A stretch of DNA of 64,000 nt, taken from positions 96,001-160,000 of the forward strand of contig NZ_JAQNDL010000002.1 of assembly GCF_028368995.1 (NCBI RefSeq). The letters are read 5' to 3'. Shown piece by piece: positions 1-11,560 of this stretch. The notes beneath the pieces are model-generated. The model saw only the letters and a list, made by a program, of their open reading frames with translations, did no database searches and had not been told where the DNA came from. Source of the DNA: Nannocystis bainbridge. Lineage in GTDB: Bacteria; Myxococcota_A; Polyangia; Nannocystales; Nannocystaceae. Both the position numbers and the translations under genes were made by a program. The first letter of the stretch is position 1, and every line of letters starts with the position of its first letter.

Positions 1-561
1 CTCGACCCGCTGCTCCTGCGCAAGGCCGCCGACCCGGCCCGCAAGCGCAACACCTGGTACGCCATCCGCGTCCAGGAAGAGGGCAAGGCCGACCGCGTCG
101 AGTCGTGCATCATCGTCGATCGCCAGCTCGACCTGGTCCGCGACGACATCTTGCACGTCGACTTCCTGCGCGTCGACCCGAACCGCGAGCTCGAGATCAA
201 GCTGCCGCTCGAGTTCACGGGCCGCGCGGCGGGCGTGGCCGTCGGTGGCACGCTGAAGACCATCGCCCGCGAGGTCCGCGTCGCGGTCAAGCCGGCCGAC
301 GTGCCGACCAGCTTCATCGTCGACGTGACGCCGCTCGAGGGCGGGCAGACGCTGCGCGTGCGCGACGTGAAGTTCCCGGAGGGTCGCCTGCTCGACCACC
401 CGAACATCCCGCTCGTCCTCGTCGAGTCCGCCAAGGTCAAGCAGGACGAGGGCGCCGAGGCTGCGGCGGGCAAGAAGCCCGCTGCGGGCAAGGCTGCGCC
501 GGCCAAGGCCGCTCCGGCCAAGGCGGCGGCCGCTCCGGCCAAGGACGCCAAGAAGAAGTGA
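1..561 (+). CDS. rplY: 50S ribosomal protein L25/CTC (5'-truncated by window edge)
   Basis: Frame open from base 1; HVDFLRV...PLEFTG...GVAVGG...IVDVTPLEGGQTLRVRDV pattern typical of bL25/CTC; Ala/Lys-rich tail; directly upstream of pth as is conserved. Confidence 0.93.
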   Translation, partial: LDPLLLRKAADPARKRNTWYAIRVQEEGKADRVESCIIVDRQLDLVRDDILHVDFLRVDPNRELEIKLPLEFTGRAAGVAVGGTLKTIAREVRVAVKPADVPTSFIVDVTPLEGGQTLRVRDVKFPEGRLLDHPNIPLVLVESAKVKQDEGAEAAAGKKPAAGKAAPAKAAPAKAAAAPAKDAKKK

Positions 562-593
562 GCCTCCACCGCCGATGTTGAGGGCGCGCGCAG

Positions 594-1172
594 ATGGCCG
601 ACCAGGCGCCATGGCTCCTCGTGGGCCTCGGGAACCCCGGGGCCCGCTACGCGCGCACGCGCCACAACATCGGCTTCATGGCGGTCGACGCCTGGTGCGA
701 CAAGGCCACGAGCTCACCGAGCTGGTCCGAGAAGTGGAAGGCGCAAGTCGCCACCCTCGGCACCGGCTCTTCGCGCGTCGTGGCCTTGAAGCCGCAGACC
801 TTCATGAACCGGTCCGGCCAGAGCGTCGTCCCGGCCGCTCAATTCTTGCGCGTGCCGCCGCCGCAGATCCTCGTCGTCCACGACGAGGTCGACTTCCCGC
901 TCGGTCGCCTGGCGGTCAAGAAGGGCGGGGGTCACGGGGGTCACAATGGCCTGCGTGATATCCTGCAGCTGCTCGGCAACGGCGATTTCCTGCGGATCCG
1001 CCTCGGCATCGGCAGGCCCGTGCACGGCGAGGTCGCCGATCACGTGCTTTCCGACTTCCGGCCCGACGAGGAGCCGGTCGTCGACGACCTGCTCGCCCGC
1101 GCCGTCGCGGCGATCACCAGCGTGACCCGCGAAGGCGTGGTCACGGCGATGAACAAGTTCAACACCACCTGA
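594..1172 (+). CDS. pth: Peptidyl-tRNA hydrolase
   Basis: LVGLGNPG..YARTRHNIGF, KPQTFMNRSG, VVHDEVD, GGHNGLRDI, RIRLGIGRP motifs. Confidence 0.97.
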   Translation: MADQAPWLLVGLGNPGARYARTRHNIGFMAVDAWCDKATSSPSWSEKWKAQVATLGTGSSRVVALKPQTFMNRSGQSVVPAAQFLRVPPPQILVVHDEVDFPLGRLAVKKGGGHGGHNGLRDILQLLGNGDFLRIRLGIGRPVHGEVADHVLSDFRPDEEPVVDDLLARAVAAITSVTREGVVTAMNKFNTT

Positions 1173-1271
1173 CCCCTGGCGCCCGTCGCCAGCTCTCCCA
1201 TCCCAGCTTCCCGGCCCTCCGTGCCGGTTTTCCGGCCCCTTGGGGCCCGAGTAAGGACTCCCCCCGTGGAC

Positions 1272-3485
<2,214 letters not shown>

Positions 3486-3610
3486 TTTCCGCCGCGCGGC
3501 CCTCTTGCGGGGGGACGCGTTCGGGGGTACACCTCGCGGCCCGTCCGGATGTTCCGGGCGGGCCGTTTGCTTTGCGGCTCGTCCGCGGGCGAGCGACGAG
3601 GCCCTTCGGG

Positions 3611-3659
3611 GTCTCCCTCCTTGCTCCCATGGTGGGGGCCAGCAAGTCCACAAGGAGAC
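3611..3659 (+). promoter_or_regulatory. Probable rpsF leader (S6:S18-responsive cis-regulatory RNA) sequestering the RBS
   Basis: GTCTCC(3611)/GGAGAC(3654) and CTTGCT(3620)/AGCAAG(3641) stems; alternative CTCCTTG(3617)/CAAGGAG(3651) pairing covers the Shine-Dalgarno of rpsF. Confidence 0.6.
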
Positions 3660-3663
3660 TTAC

Positions 3664-4164
3664 ATGTCCGAAAGTACAGTCGGCCAGGTCGTCTCGGTCC
3701 AGTCGCGCAAGGGCACCAAGCGCGAGTACGAGACCGTCATCATCCTTCGGCCCAACGTCAACAAGACCGGCATCCTCGAGCTCGTGCACAAGATGCAGGG
3801 CGTGTTCGAGAAGTACGGCGCGCGTCTCATCAAGATCGAGAACTGGGGCAGCCGTACGCTGGCCTTCCCGATCAAGCGCTCGCCGACCGGCATCTACCTC
3901 TACTGGCGCTTCCTCGGCGGCTCCGACATCGTCCACGAGTTCGAGCGCATCCTGCAGATCGCCGAGTCCGTGCTCCGCTACTACACGGTGCGGGTCGAGG
4001 ACGACGTCGACCCCGACGCGCGGCCCTCGGAGATGACCGAGGACCTGCTGCAGGCGGTGGCCGAGCCGCCGCCCGAGCCGGAGCCGCAGCCAGAGCCGGT
4101 GCGTGAGGAAGAGGATCGCTTCGTCTCTGACGACGGCGATTTCGACGAGGAGAGGAGGCGCTAA
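3664..4164 (+). CDS. rpsF: 30S ribosomal protein S6 with acidic/Pro-rich C-terminal tail
   Basis: [28 protein letters not shown] motifs; AAGGAG RBS before ATG 3664. Confidence 0.96.
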   Translation: MSESTVGQVVSVQSRKGTKREYETVIILRPNVNKTGILELVHKMQGVFEKYGARLIKIENWGSRTLAFPIKRSPTGIYLYWRFLGGSDIVHEFERILQIAESVLRYYTVRVEDDVDPDARPSEMTEDLLQAVAEPPPEPEPQPEPVREEEDRFVSDDGDFDEERRR

Positions 4165-4167
4165 GTC

Positions 4168-4404
4168 ATGAGCGAAGAGAAGACATCCCGCCCGAGCAAG
4201 GCCAGCCGTGCTTCGTTGCTCGCCAGCGACAAGACCCTGGTCATCGACTACAAGAACCCGCAGCTGCTGCGCGCCTTCCTCACGGATCGCGGCAAGATCG
4301 TCCCCGCCCGGATCTCCGGCGTGACGGCCAAGCAGCAGCGCCAGATCACCAAGGCGGTCAAGCGCGCGCGCATGCTCGCGTTGCTGCCGTACACGGTGGC
4401 CTGA
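4168..4404 (+). CDS. rpsR: 30S ribosomal protein S18 (no Zn-binding Cys)
   Basis: [26 protein letters not shown]...[19 protein letters not shown]. Confidence 0.97.
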   Translation: MSEEKTSRPSKASRASLLASDKTLVIDYKNPQLLRAFLTDRGKIVPARISGVTAKQQRQITKAVKRARMLALLPYTVA

Positions 4405-4431
4405 CCTCGAGGACAGAAAGGTTAACCGCTC

Positions 4432-4878
4432 ATGTTGGAACTCATCCTTCGCAGCGACGTGCCCGGCCTCGGCCGCGCCGGCGAGGTGGTCAAGGTGCGC
4501 CCGGGTTACGGCCGCAACTACCTCATCCCGCGCGGGTTCGCGCTCGCCGCCACCCGCGGCAACATCGCCCAGCTCGAGCACCAGAAGCGCCTGATCGCCG
4601 CCGAGCAGGCCCGCGTGCTCGCCGAGCACAAGGCGATGGCGCAGAAGCTCAAGGGCGTGTCCGTCTCGATCGCCCGCAAGAAGGGCGGCGAGGGCAAGCT
4701 GTTCGGCTCGGTGTCCACCAAGGACATCGCCGAGGCGCTGGCCAACCAGAACATCACGATCGACCGCAAGCTGATCAAGCTCGACGAGCCGTTCAAGAAC
4801 ATCGGCACCTACGAGGTCCCGGTGCGCTTCAGCGGCGACATCACCGAGACGATCCGCGTCAACGTGGTCGGCGTGTGA
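4432..4878 (+). CDS. rplI: 50S ribosomal protein L9
   Basis: LGRAGEVVKVRPGYGRNYLIPRG and GKLFGSVST motifs. Confidence 0.97.
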   Translation: MLELILRSDVPGLGRAGEVVKVRPGYGRNYLIPRGFALAATRGNIAQLEHQKRLIAAEQARVLAEHKAMAQKLKGVSVSIARKKGGEGKLFGSVSTKDIAEALANQNITIDRKLIKLDEPFKNIGTYEVPVRFSGDITETIRVNVVGV

Positions 4879-4921
4879 ACGCCGGGCCGGCCCGTCTCGG
4901 GTCGGTCACGTGAGAAGAAGA

Positions 4922-4956
4922 CGAGGGGTCCGCGATGCGGGCCCCTCGGCGCTTTC
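4922..4956 (+). terminator. Putative intrinsic terminator after rplI
   Basis: Hairpin CGAGGGGTCCGC-GAT-GCGGGCCCCTCG followed by GCGCTTTC (weak U tract). Confidence 0.5.
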
Positions 4957-5056
4957 GGGAGTCGGTGTGAGCGGCGTCGAGGACGCCGACGATGTCAGCC
5001 GTTCGTCCGCGATGCGGGCGCTCGCGTTGGGCGCCCCGACGAACGCCGCTCGCGGC

Positions 5057-5293
5057 TCACTCGCCTTGCAGGCGCTGGGCGCTGCAGTCGCCCATCAGGC
5101 ACTGGGCCGAGTACACGCCCTTCTGGCCGCAGCCGGCGACGTGATACTTGCCGTAGACCTCGTCGCCGCGGACCTTGAGCTTGTCGGCGTCGCACTTGAA
5201 GTCGGTGGCGGCCTGGGTGCGCGTGACTTTCTCCAGCTTGCCGGCGCAGGCCGAGAGCGTGAGGGCGGCGAGAGCGACGAAGACGTAGCGCAT
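5057..5293 (-). CDS. Small Cys-containing lipoprotein (78 aa)
   Basis: MRYVFVALAALTLSAC lipobox; four further Cys; typical codon usage. Confidence 0.75.
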   Translation of the reverse strand: MRYVFVALAALTLSACAGKLEKVTRTQAATDFKCDADKLKVRGDEVYGKYHVAGCGQKGVYSAQCLMGDCSAQRLQGE

Positions 5294-5340
5294 GCCGGTC
5301 ACCTTGCCACGACGGGCCCTGGCGTGAAAGTCTGCCGCAG

Positions 5341-5838
5341 ATGGAGCGCCACTACCTCGCCGACTACGACGCGCTCGGGCTGCCGCCCGACGAAGCGCTG
5401 CGCCGCGTGATCGCTCGCGCCGACGCCGACGCGCAATTCTTCGAAGACCTCGACCGCTTGATGTTCGAGCTCGCGCCGATGACTGCCGACCAGCTCGACT
5501 GTCACGCGCCCAAGTTCGTCGTGGTGGCGATGGACGGCGGAGGCAGCGCTTACGGGCGCTACGTCGACGCCAAGGTCGCACGCACCGTCGGCCTCCCGTG
5601 GGTGATGTGGGATCACGAGGATGACGCGCTCATCTACCTGGCCGACGACACCGCCGCCTTCTTCTCGGGCCTCATCGATTTTCGCCTCCATCACACGCCG
5701 AACGATCCGAGCGCTCGCCGCGTGCGCGCGGTGCTGACGGAGCTCGGGCTAGAGCTCGGCGCGCCGGGCAAGAGCATGCCGGGCTTCCTCGCCGGCAAGC
5801 CCGCCGCGTGGTTGCCGGCGGGCCCGCTGTCGCACTAG
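5341..5838 (+). CDS. SUKH/SMI1-KNR4-like putative immunity protein
   Basis: FVVVAMDGGGSAYG...PWVMWDHE...YLADDTAAFF resembles the SUKH core (hhphG.DGgG...y......Vv.wdHE.....la.sF..F). Confidence 0.6.
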   Translation: MERHYLADYDALGLPPDEALRRVIARADADAQFFEDLDRLMFELAPMTADQLDCHAPKFVVVAMDGGGSAYGRYVDAKVARTVGLPWVMWDHEDDALIYLADDTAAFFSGLIDFRLHHTPNDPSARRVRAVLTELGLELGAPGKSMPGFLAGKPAAWLPAGPLSH

Positions 5839-5897
5839 TTGCGCCGCCCGCGTGCTCGACAGCGGGCGCGCGGCTCGTGCATCCTCCGGGGCTGACG

Positions 5898-7313
<1,416 letters not shown>

Positions 7314-7476
7314 GGCCCGCCGGGAGGCGGCCTGGGGGCCACGGGCCGGCGCGGGCCGGGCTGCGCCATCGCCGATCGATCGCCGCGCCGCCCGCAGGAT
7401 CGCCTGAAACGCCAGCAGGGGCCGTTTGTTCGCAACGTAGCGGCGCCGGCGCGGTCCGTGCTAGGTTGTGGGGGCG

Positions 7477-8523
7477 ATGTCGTCGGCACCGACTCAGATC
7501 GGCCCCTACAAGGTCAAAGGCCTCGTCGGCAAGGGGGCCATGGGGGAGGTCTATGAGGGCGTCGACGCCGGCCTCGGTCGGCGGGTGGCGATCAAGATCC
7601 TCGGCAAGAAGCACCGCGAGTCCGAGGAGTTCAAGACGCGGTTCCTCCGCGAGGGCAAGGCCCTGGCGCAGATGAATCACCCCAACGTCGTTGCGGTGTA
7701 CTTCATCGGCGAGCACGAGGACCGGCCCTTCCTGGCGATGGAGTTCCTCGACGGCGAGGACATCGGCGCGATGCTGAAGAAGCGGGGCGCGCTGCACCCG
7801 GGCGACGCGGCGGAGGTCATCCGCCAGGCGGCGATCGGGCTCGCCGAGACCCAGCGAGTGGGCGTCGTACACCGCGACGTGAAGCCGTCGAACCTGGTCG
7901 TGACCTCGACCGGCATCGTCAAGGTGACCGACTTCGGCCTGGCCAAGGCGCTGCAGGAGGACCTGTCGATCACCGCCACCGGCGTGTTCGTCGGCACCCC
8001 CGACTACCTCGCGCCCGAGCAGGCGATGGGCAAGGAGGTCGACGCGCGCGCCGACGTGTACGCGCTCGGCTGCTCGCTGTTTCACATGTGCAGCGGTCAC
8101 CCGCCGTTCCGCAAGGGCGGCCAGGACGACCACTACACCGCCGTGGTGCGCCGCCACCTGCGTTCCGAGCGGCCCGAGCTCAAGTACGAGATCAAGGGCT
8201 TCGACGAGCCGCTGTCCGACCTGTGCCGGCGGATGATGAGCCGCCGCCCCGACGTGCGCCCGTCGTTCGAGGAGCTCAAGGTCGGCCTCACCGAGATCTC
8301 GAAGCGGCTGGGCGGGCAGGTGCCGCCGCGCCACGCCGACGTCGAGCTGCGCTCGCCGGAGGAGATCAGCGAGAAGATCCGGCAAGAGCAGAAGAAGACG
8401 CCGACCGGCATCACGGCCGGGTCGCCGCCGAACGGGGCCACGCGCACGACGATGATCGCGGTCGGCGTCGGTGTGACGATCGGCATCGCCCTCGGCGTTG
8501 TGCTGGCGGTGATGAGCCTGTAG
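7477..8523 (+). CDS. Hanks-type Ser/Thr protein kinase with C-terminal TM anchor
   Basis: GKGAMGEVY, VAIK, HRDVKPSN, DFG, GTPDYLAPE; hydrophobic C-terminus. Confidence 0.93.
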   Translation: MSSAPTQIGPYKVKGLVGKGAMGEVYEGVDAGLGRRVAIKILGKKHRESEEFKTRFLREGKALAQMNHPNVVAVYFIGEHEDRPFLAMEFLDGEDIGAMLKKRGALHPGDAAEVIRQAAIGLAETQRVGVVHRDVKPSNLVVTSTGIVKVTDFGLAKALQEDLSITATGVFVGTPDYLAPEQAMGKEVDARADVYALGCSLFHMCSGHPPFRKGGQDDHYTAVVRRHLRSERPELKYEIKGFDEPLSDLCRRMMSRRPDVRPSFEELKVGLTEISKRLGGQVPPRHADVELRSPEEISEKIRQEQKKTPTGITAGSPPNGATRTTMIAVGVGVTIGIALGVVLAVMSL

Positions 8524-8536
8524 AGCTTGGCTCTGC

Positions 8537-9361
8537 ATGCTCCACTCCGACGACCCGCACTACCACCGCGCCGCCGAACACCTGCGTGAGCGCCTCGAGG
8601 GCGCCAAGATCGACTGGGTCGTAGTGTCCGGCTCCGGCTTCCTCGGCATGGCCGGCTCGGGGCCCGAGGGGCTCGGCTTGACGGTGGAGGGCTCGATCCC
8701 GCTGCGCGGCCTCGGCCTGCCGGTGCCCACGGTCGCCGGCCACGGCAACGCGGTGGTGTTCGGCACCCTCGGCAACCTGCGCGTCGCGGTGCAGACCGGA
8801 CGGATCCACCCCTACGAGGGCCACCCGATCAACGTCGTCACCGCGCCGCTGTGGGCGATGCTGGCCAACGGCGCCCGCGGCGTGTGCCTGACCTGCGCCG
8901 TCGGCGGGCTCGACCCGTCGCTGCGCACCGGCCAGGTGGTGCTGCTCAAGGACCAGATGAACCTGTTCGGCCCGACCCCGCTGGTCGGCGCCCGCTTCAT
9001 CGACATGAGCCAGCTCTACAGCCCGCAGCTGCGCGCGCGCCTGCAGGCGATCGACCCCGGGCTCGGCCCCAGCAGCCTGACCGAGGTGGTCTACGCCCAC
9101 GCCCGCGGGCCGCAGTACGAGACGGCGGCCGAGACGGCGGCCCTGCGCACGCTCGGCGGGCAGGTGGTCGGCATGTCGACGACGTACGAGGCGATCCTCG
9201 CGGCCGCCCACGGCGCGGCGGTGTGCGGCGTCGGCGTGGTCACCAACGCGGCCAGCCAGGTCGGGCTCAACCACGAGGAGGTCCAGGAGCGCACGCGCGC
9301 GGCCAGACCCCAGGTGGCGAGCCTGCTGCGCGGGCTGCTGGCCCAGCCGCCTGGCGCTTGA
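8537..9361 (+). CDS. punA: Purine-nucleoside phosphorylase (trimeric PNP/XapA family)
   Basis: SGSG, TVAGH, GRIHPYEG, GPQYETAAE, VGMST, VTN motifs. Confidence 0.88.
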   Translation: MLHSDDPHYHRAAEHLRERLEGAKIDWVVVSGSGFLGMAGSGPEGLGLTVEGSIPLRGLGLPVPTVAGHGNAVVFGTLGNLRVAVQTGRIHPYEGHPINVVTAPLWAMLANGARGVCLTCAVGGLDPSLRTGQVVLLKDQMNLFGPTPLVGARFIDMSQLYSPQLRARLQAIDPGLGPSSLTEVVYAHARGPQYETAAETAALRTLGGQVVGMSTTYEAILAAAHGAAVCGVGVVTNAASQVGLNHEEVQERTRAARPQVASLLRGLLAQPPGA

Positions 9362-9426
9362 GGCATGTGCCTTCGGGCATGTTCCCTCGGGCATGTCTGA
9401 AGGGGCATGCTCGAGAGGGCATGTCC
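9362..9426. repeat. 14-bp-phased array (5 units, GGCATGT..-like) of the dispersed TGTCC-N4-GGACA element
   Basis: CATG cores at 9364, 9378, 9392, 9406, 9420. Confidence 0.85.
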
Positions 9427-9473
9427 GAACGCGCAGGCTGCGGAGCGATGCGCGGCCGCCGGAAGGAGCCGCT

Positions 9474-9719
9474 GTGACCGACGAACCCGTGGCCCTGCCC
9501 CGCGCCGAAGCCTGGCGGCTCTATCGCCTGCTCGAGCACCTGAACGCGTTCGCCCACGACCCGATGCACTGGCGCGACCCGCAGGAGGTCGACGCGTGGA
9601 TCACCCCCGAGGTCTACGCGGAGCTGAGGCACGCCTATTACGAGGTCGCAGGCGCGTGGTTCCCCGTCGATCCGGAGACCGGCGAGGTCGTGGGGCCGGA
9701 GCCGGTCGAAGAGGAATGA
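9474..9719 (+). CDS. Hypothetical protein (81 aa)
   Basis: GAAGGAG RBS then GTG at 9474; protein-like composition (RLYRLLEHLNAFAHDPMHW...YAELRHAYYEV..AWFP). Confidence 0.7.
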   Translation: MTDEPVALPRAEAWRLYRLLEHLNAFAHDPMHWRDPQEVDAWITPEVYAELRHAYYEVAGAWFPVDPETGEVVGPEPVEEE

Positions 9720-9901
9720 CGGCCGCTGGTCGGACGTCGCTGGAGCCGCGCGCGAAGGTCGGCGCCCGCATCGGCGCACGGCGGTGAGCGGCCGTCGGCG
9801 AGGCGAGCGCGAGGTCGGTCCGCGTCGGGTGTATGCGGTGCGCGATGACGCGGCTTGCAGGGGCGGTCGTCGGCGAGCCGCGCGTGGTATGACCGATCGG
9901 C

Positions 9902-10963
9902 GTGAGCCTCAAGCCCGAGCGCATCGCCGCCGCAGCGCGGGCGCGCCAGGTCGCCTTGCTCGGGCTCCTGGCGGCCCGGGCCGACGCGATCGGCGACTCG
10001 CTGGCGCGCACGCACGGGATGGTCGCGTGGGACCGGCACAAGACGATCGGCAAGGTCCAGCGCGGGCTGTGGGGGCTCCGTGAGCAGCGCTTCCACGGGC
10101 TCGGCGGGCCGCCAGCGTGGGTGTGCGAGCGCAAGGACCAGCCGCTCGAGAGCCTGCTGATCGTCAGCTCGCTGCTGCGGCAGGGCCGGCGCGTGCACCT
10201 CGAGGTCGAGGCGGGCGCGAGCGCGGTGGTGCCGGAGCTGCTGACCGAGCTGCGCGACGAGCTGTCGCGCGAGCAGGCCGGCGAGGCGCTGACGATCGGG
10301 GCGGTCGGCGAGGCGAGCCCGGACGAGGTATGCGGGTGGGAGCGCGTCGGGGTGATGCCGGCGCGGCCGCGGGTGGCGGCGGTGCACGCCGACGCCGACC
10401 GCGAGCTGGCCGCGTACGCGCTGGCGCTGTCGGGGCTGCGGCGCGGCGGGGCCGACCCGCGGCGGGTGGTGCAGGCGTTCGTGGCCGGGCCGCTGGAGCG
10501 GCTGGAGCGGCACCTGCACCGGCTGTGGGTCGGGGCGGCGATCGGGCCGCCGGACGATCCGGAGATGTTCGCCGGGCCGGTCGAGCTGGCGCTGGCCGAG
10601 GTGTACCGGGTGGCGCTGGCGGCCTGGTCGGCTGTCCCCGGGGCCAGGGTGCTCTGTCCCGGAGGACAGCTCGAGCGGCCGGGTGACGCTCGCACGTACC
10701 TCGCGCCGGCGCTGCTGCGGGCGCCGCCGATCGAGCCGCCTCCCGCGCACGCGGGGGCGATAGGTCCGCTGGTGGTGCTGCACCCGTGCGAGCCGGCGAC
10801 GCTCGACGCGGCGCTGGCGGCCTGCCGGGCGCGTGGGGACGTGATCCAGCCGATCGGGCCGGAGGCGTGGCGGCAGCAGGTCGGCACGCCGCCGATGGCG
10901 CCGCTGCAGCCGCTGGCGCTGGGCCGCCTGCCGCCCGGGCTGCCCGAGCCGCGACCGACGTGA
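9902..10963 (+). CDS. Degenerate aldehyde-dehydrogenase-like protein
   Basis: ALDH-like segments (AADADRELAA, IGPPDDPEMFAGPV, GARVLCPGG, YLAPALL, IGPLV) but no ELGG or GQxC. Confidence 0.55.
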   Translation: MSLKPERIAAAARARQVALLGLLAARADAIGDSLARTHGMVAWDRHKTIGKVQRGLWGLREQRFHGLGGPPAWVCERKDQPLESLLIVSSLLRQGRRVHLEVEAGASAVVPELLTELRDELSREQAGEALTIGAVGEASPDEVCGWERVGVMPARPRVAAVHADADRELAAYALALSGLRRGGADPRRVVQAFVAGPLERLERHLHRLWVGAAIGPPDDPEMFAGPVELALAEVYRVALAAWSAVPGARVLCPGGQLERPGDARTYLAPALLRAPPIEPPPAHAGAIGPLVVLHPCEPATLDAALAACRARGDVIQPIGPEAWRQQVGTPPMAPLQPLALGRLPPGLPEPRPT

Positions 10964-11358
10964 GCGACGACGGGCGCGAGCCGAGGCGACGGAGCGACGC
11001 GAGGTTGACACCGCGTGGCGGCTGCGCGTGCGCGACGAAGCGACGAAGCGACGAAGCGACGAGCGACGCGAGGATGAGGGGCGCGTCGCGGCTGCTCGTG
11101 CGAGCCGAAGCGACGAAGCGACGAAGCGACGAAGCGACGAGCGACGAAGCGACGAAGCGACGCGAGGATGAGGGGCGCGTCGCGGCTGCTCGTGCGAGCC
11201 GAAGCGACGAAGCGACGAAGCGACGAAGCGACGAAGCGACGAGCGACGAAGCGACGCGAGGATGAGGGGCGCGTCGCGGCTGCGCGCGCGAGCCGAAGCG
11301 ACGAAGCGACGAGCGACGACGCGACGCGAGGATGAAGCGCGAGTCGCGGCTGCGCGAG
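10963..11358. repeat. Composite tandem repeat: (GCGACGAA)n runs alternating with a ~47-bp double-hairpin unit
   Basis: Unit GCGACGCGAGGATGAGGGGCGCGTCGCGGCTGCTCGTGCGAGCCGAA occurs ~4 times (plus a degenerate copy) separated by variable numbers of GCGACGAA octamers. Confidence 0.85.
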
Positions 11359-11560
11359 GGTCGAAATCTCGAGGGAGGCGCGATCCTTTCGCACGGGACA
11401 GGCGGGCGAATCCGAGGTCGTGGGACGGGGGAGATTCGGGCCGCGCCGGCGGTCCGGGGCGGTCCGCGCGGGAGCGCCGCCGCGGGCCATGGGGCGGCCC
11501 TGCGGGCCCGTGCGGGCGAGCGGCTGACAGCGCAGCCCGGTCGTGCTAGGCGACCCGCCC

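Noticed and set aside
10963-11358. Possible CRISPR array (hairpin repeats with intervening sequences)
   Set aside because: The 'spacers' are copies of one octamer rather than unique sequences; no cas genes or leader in the window.
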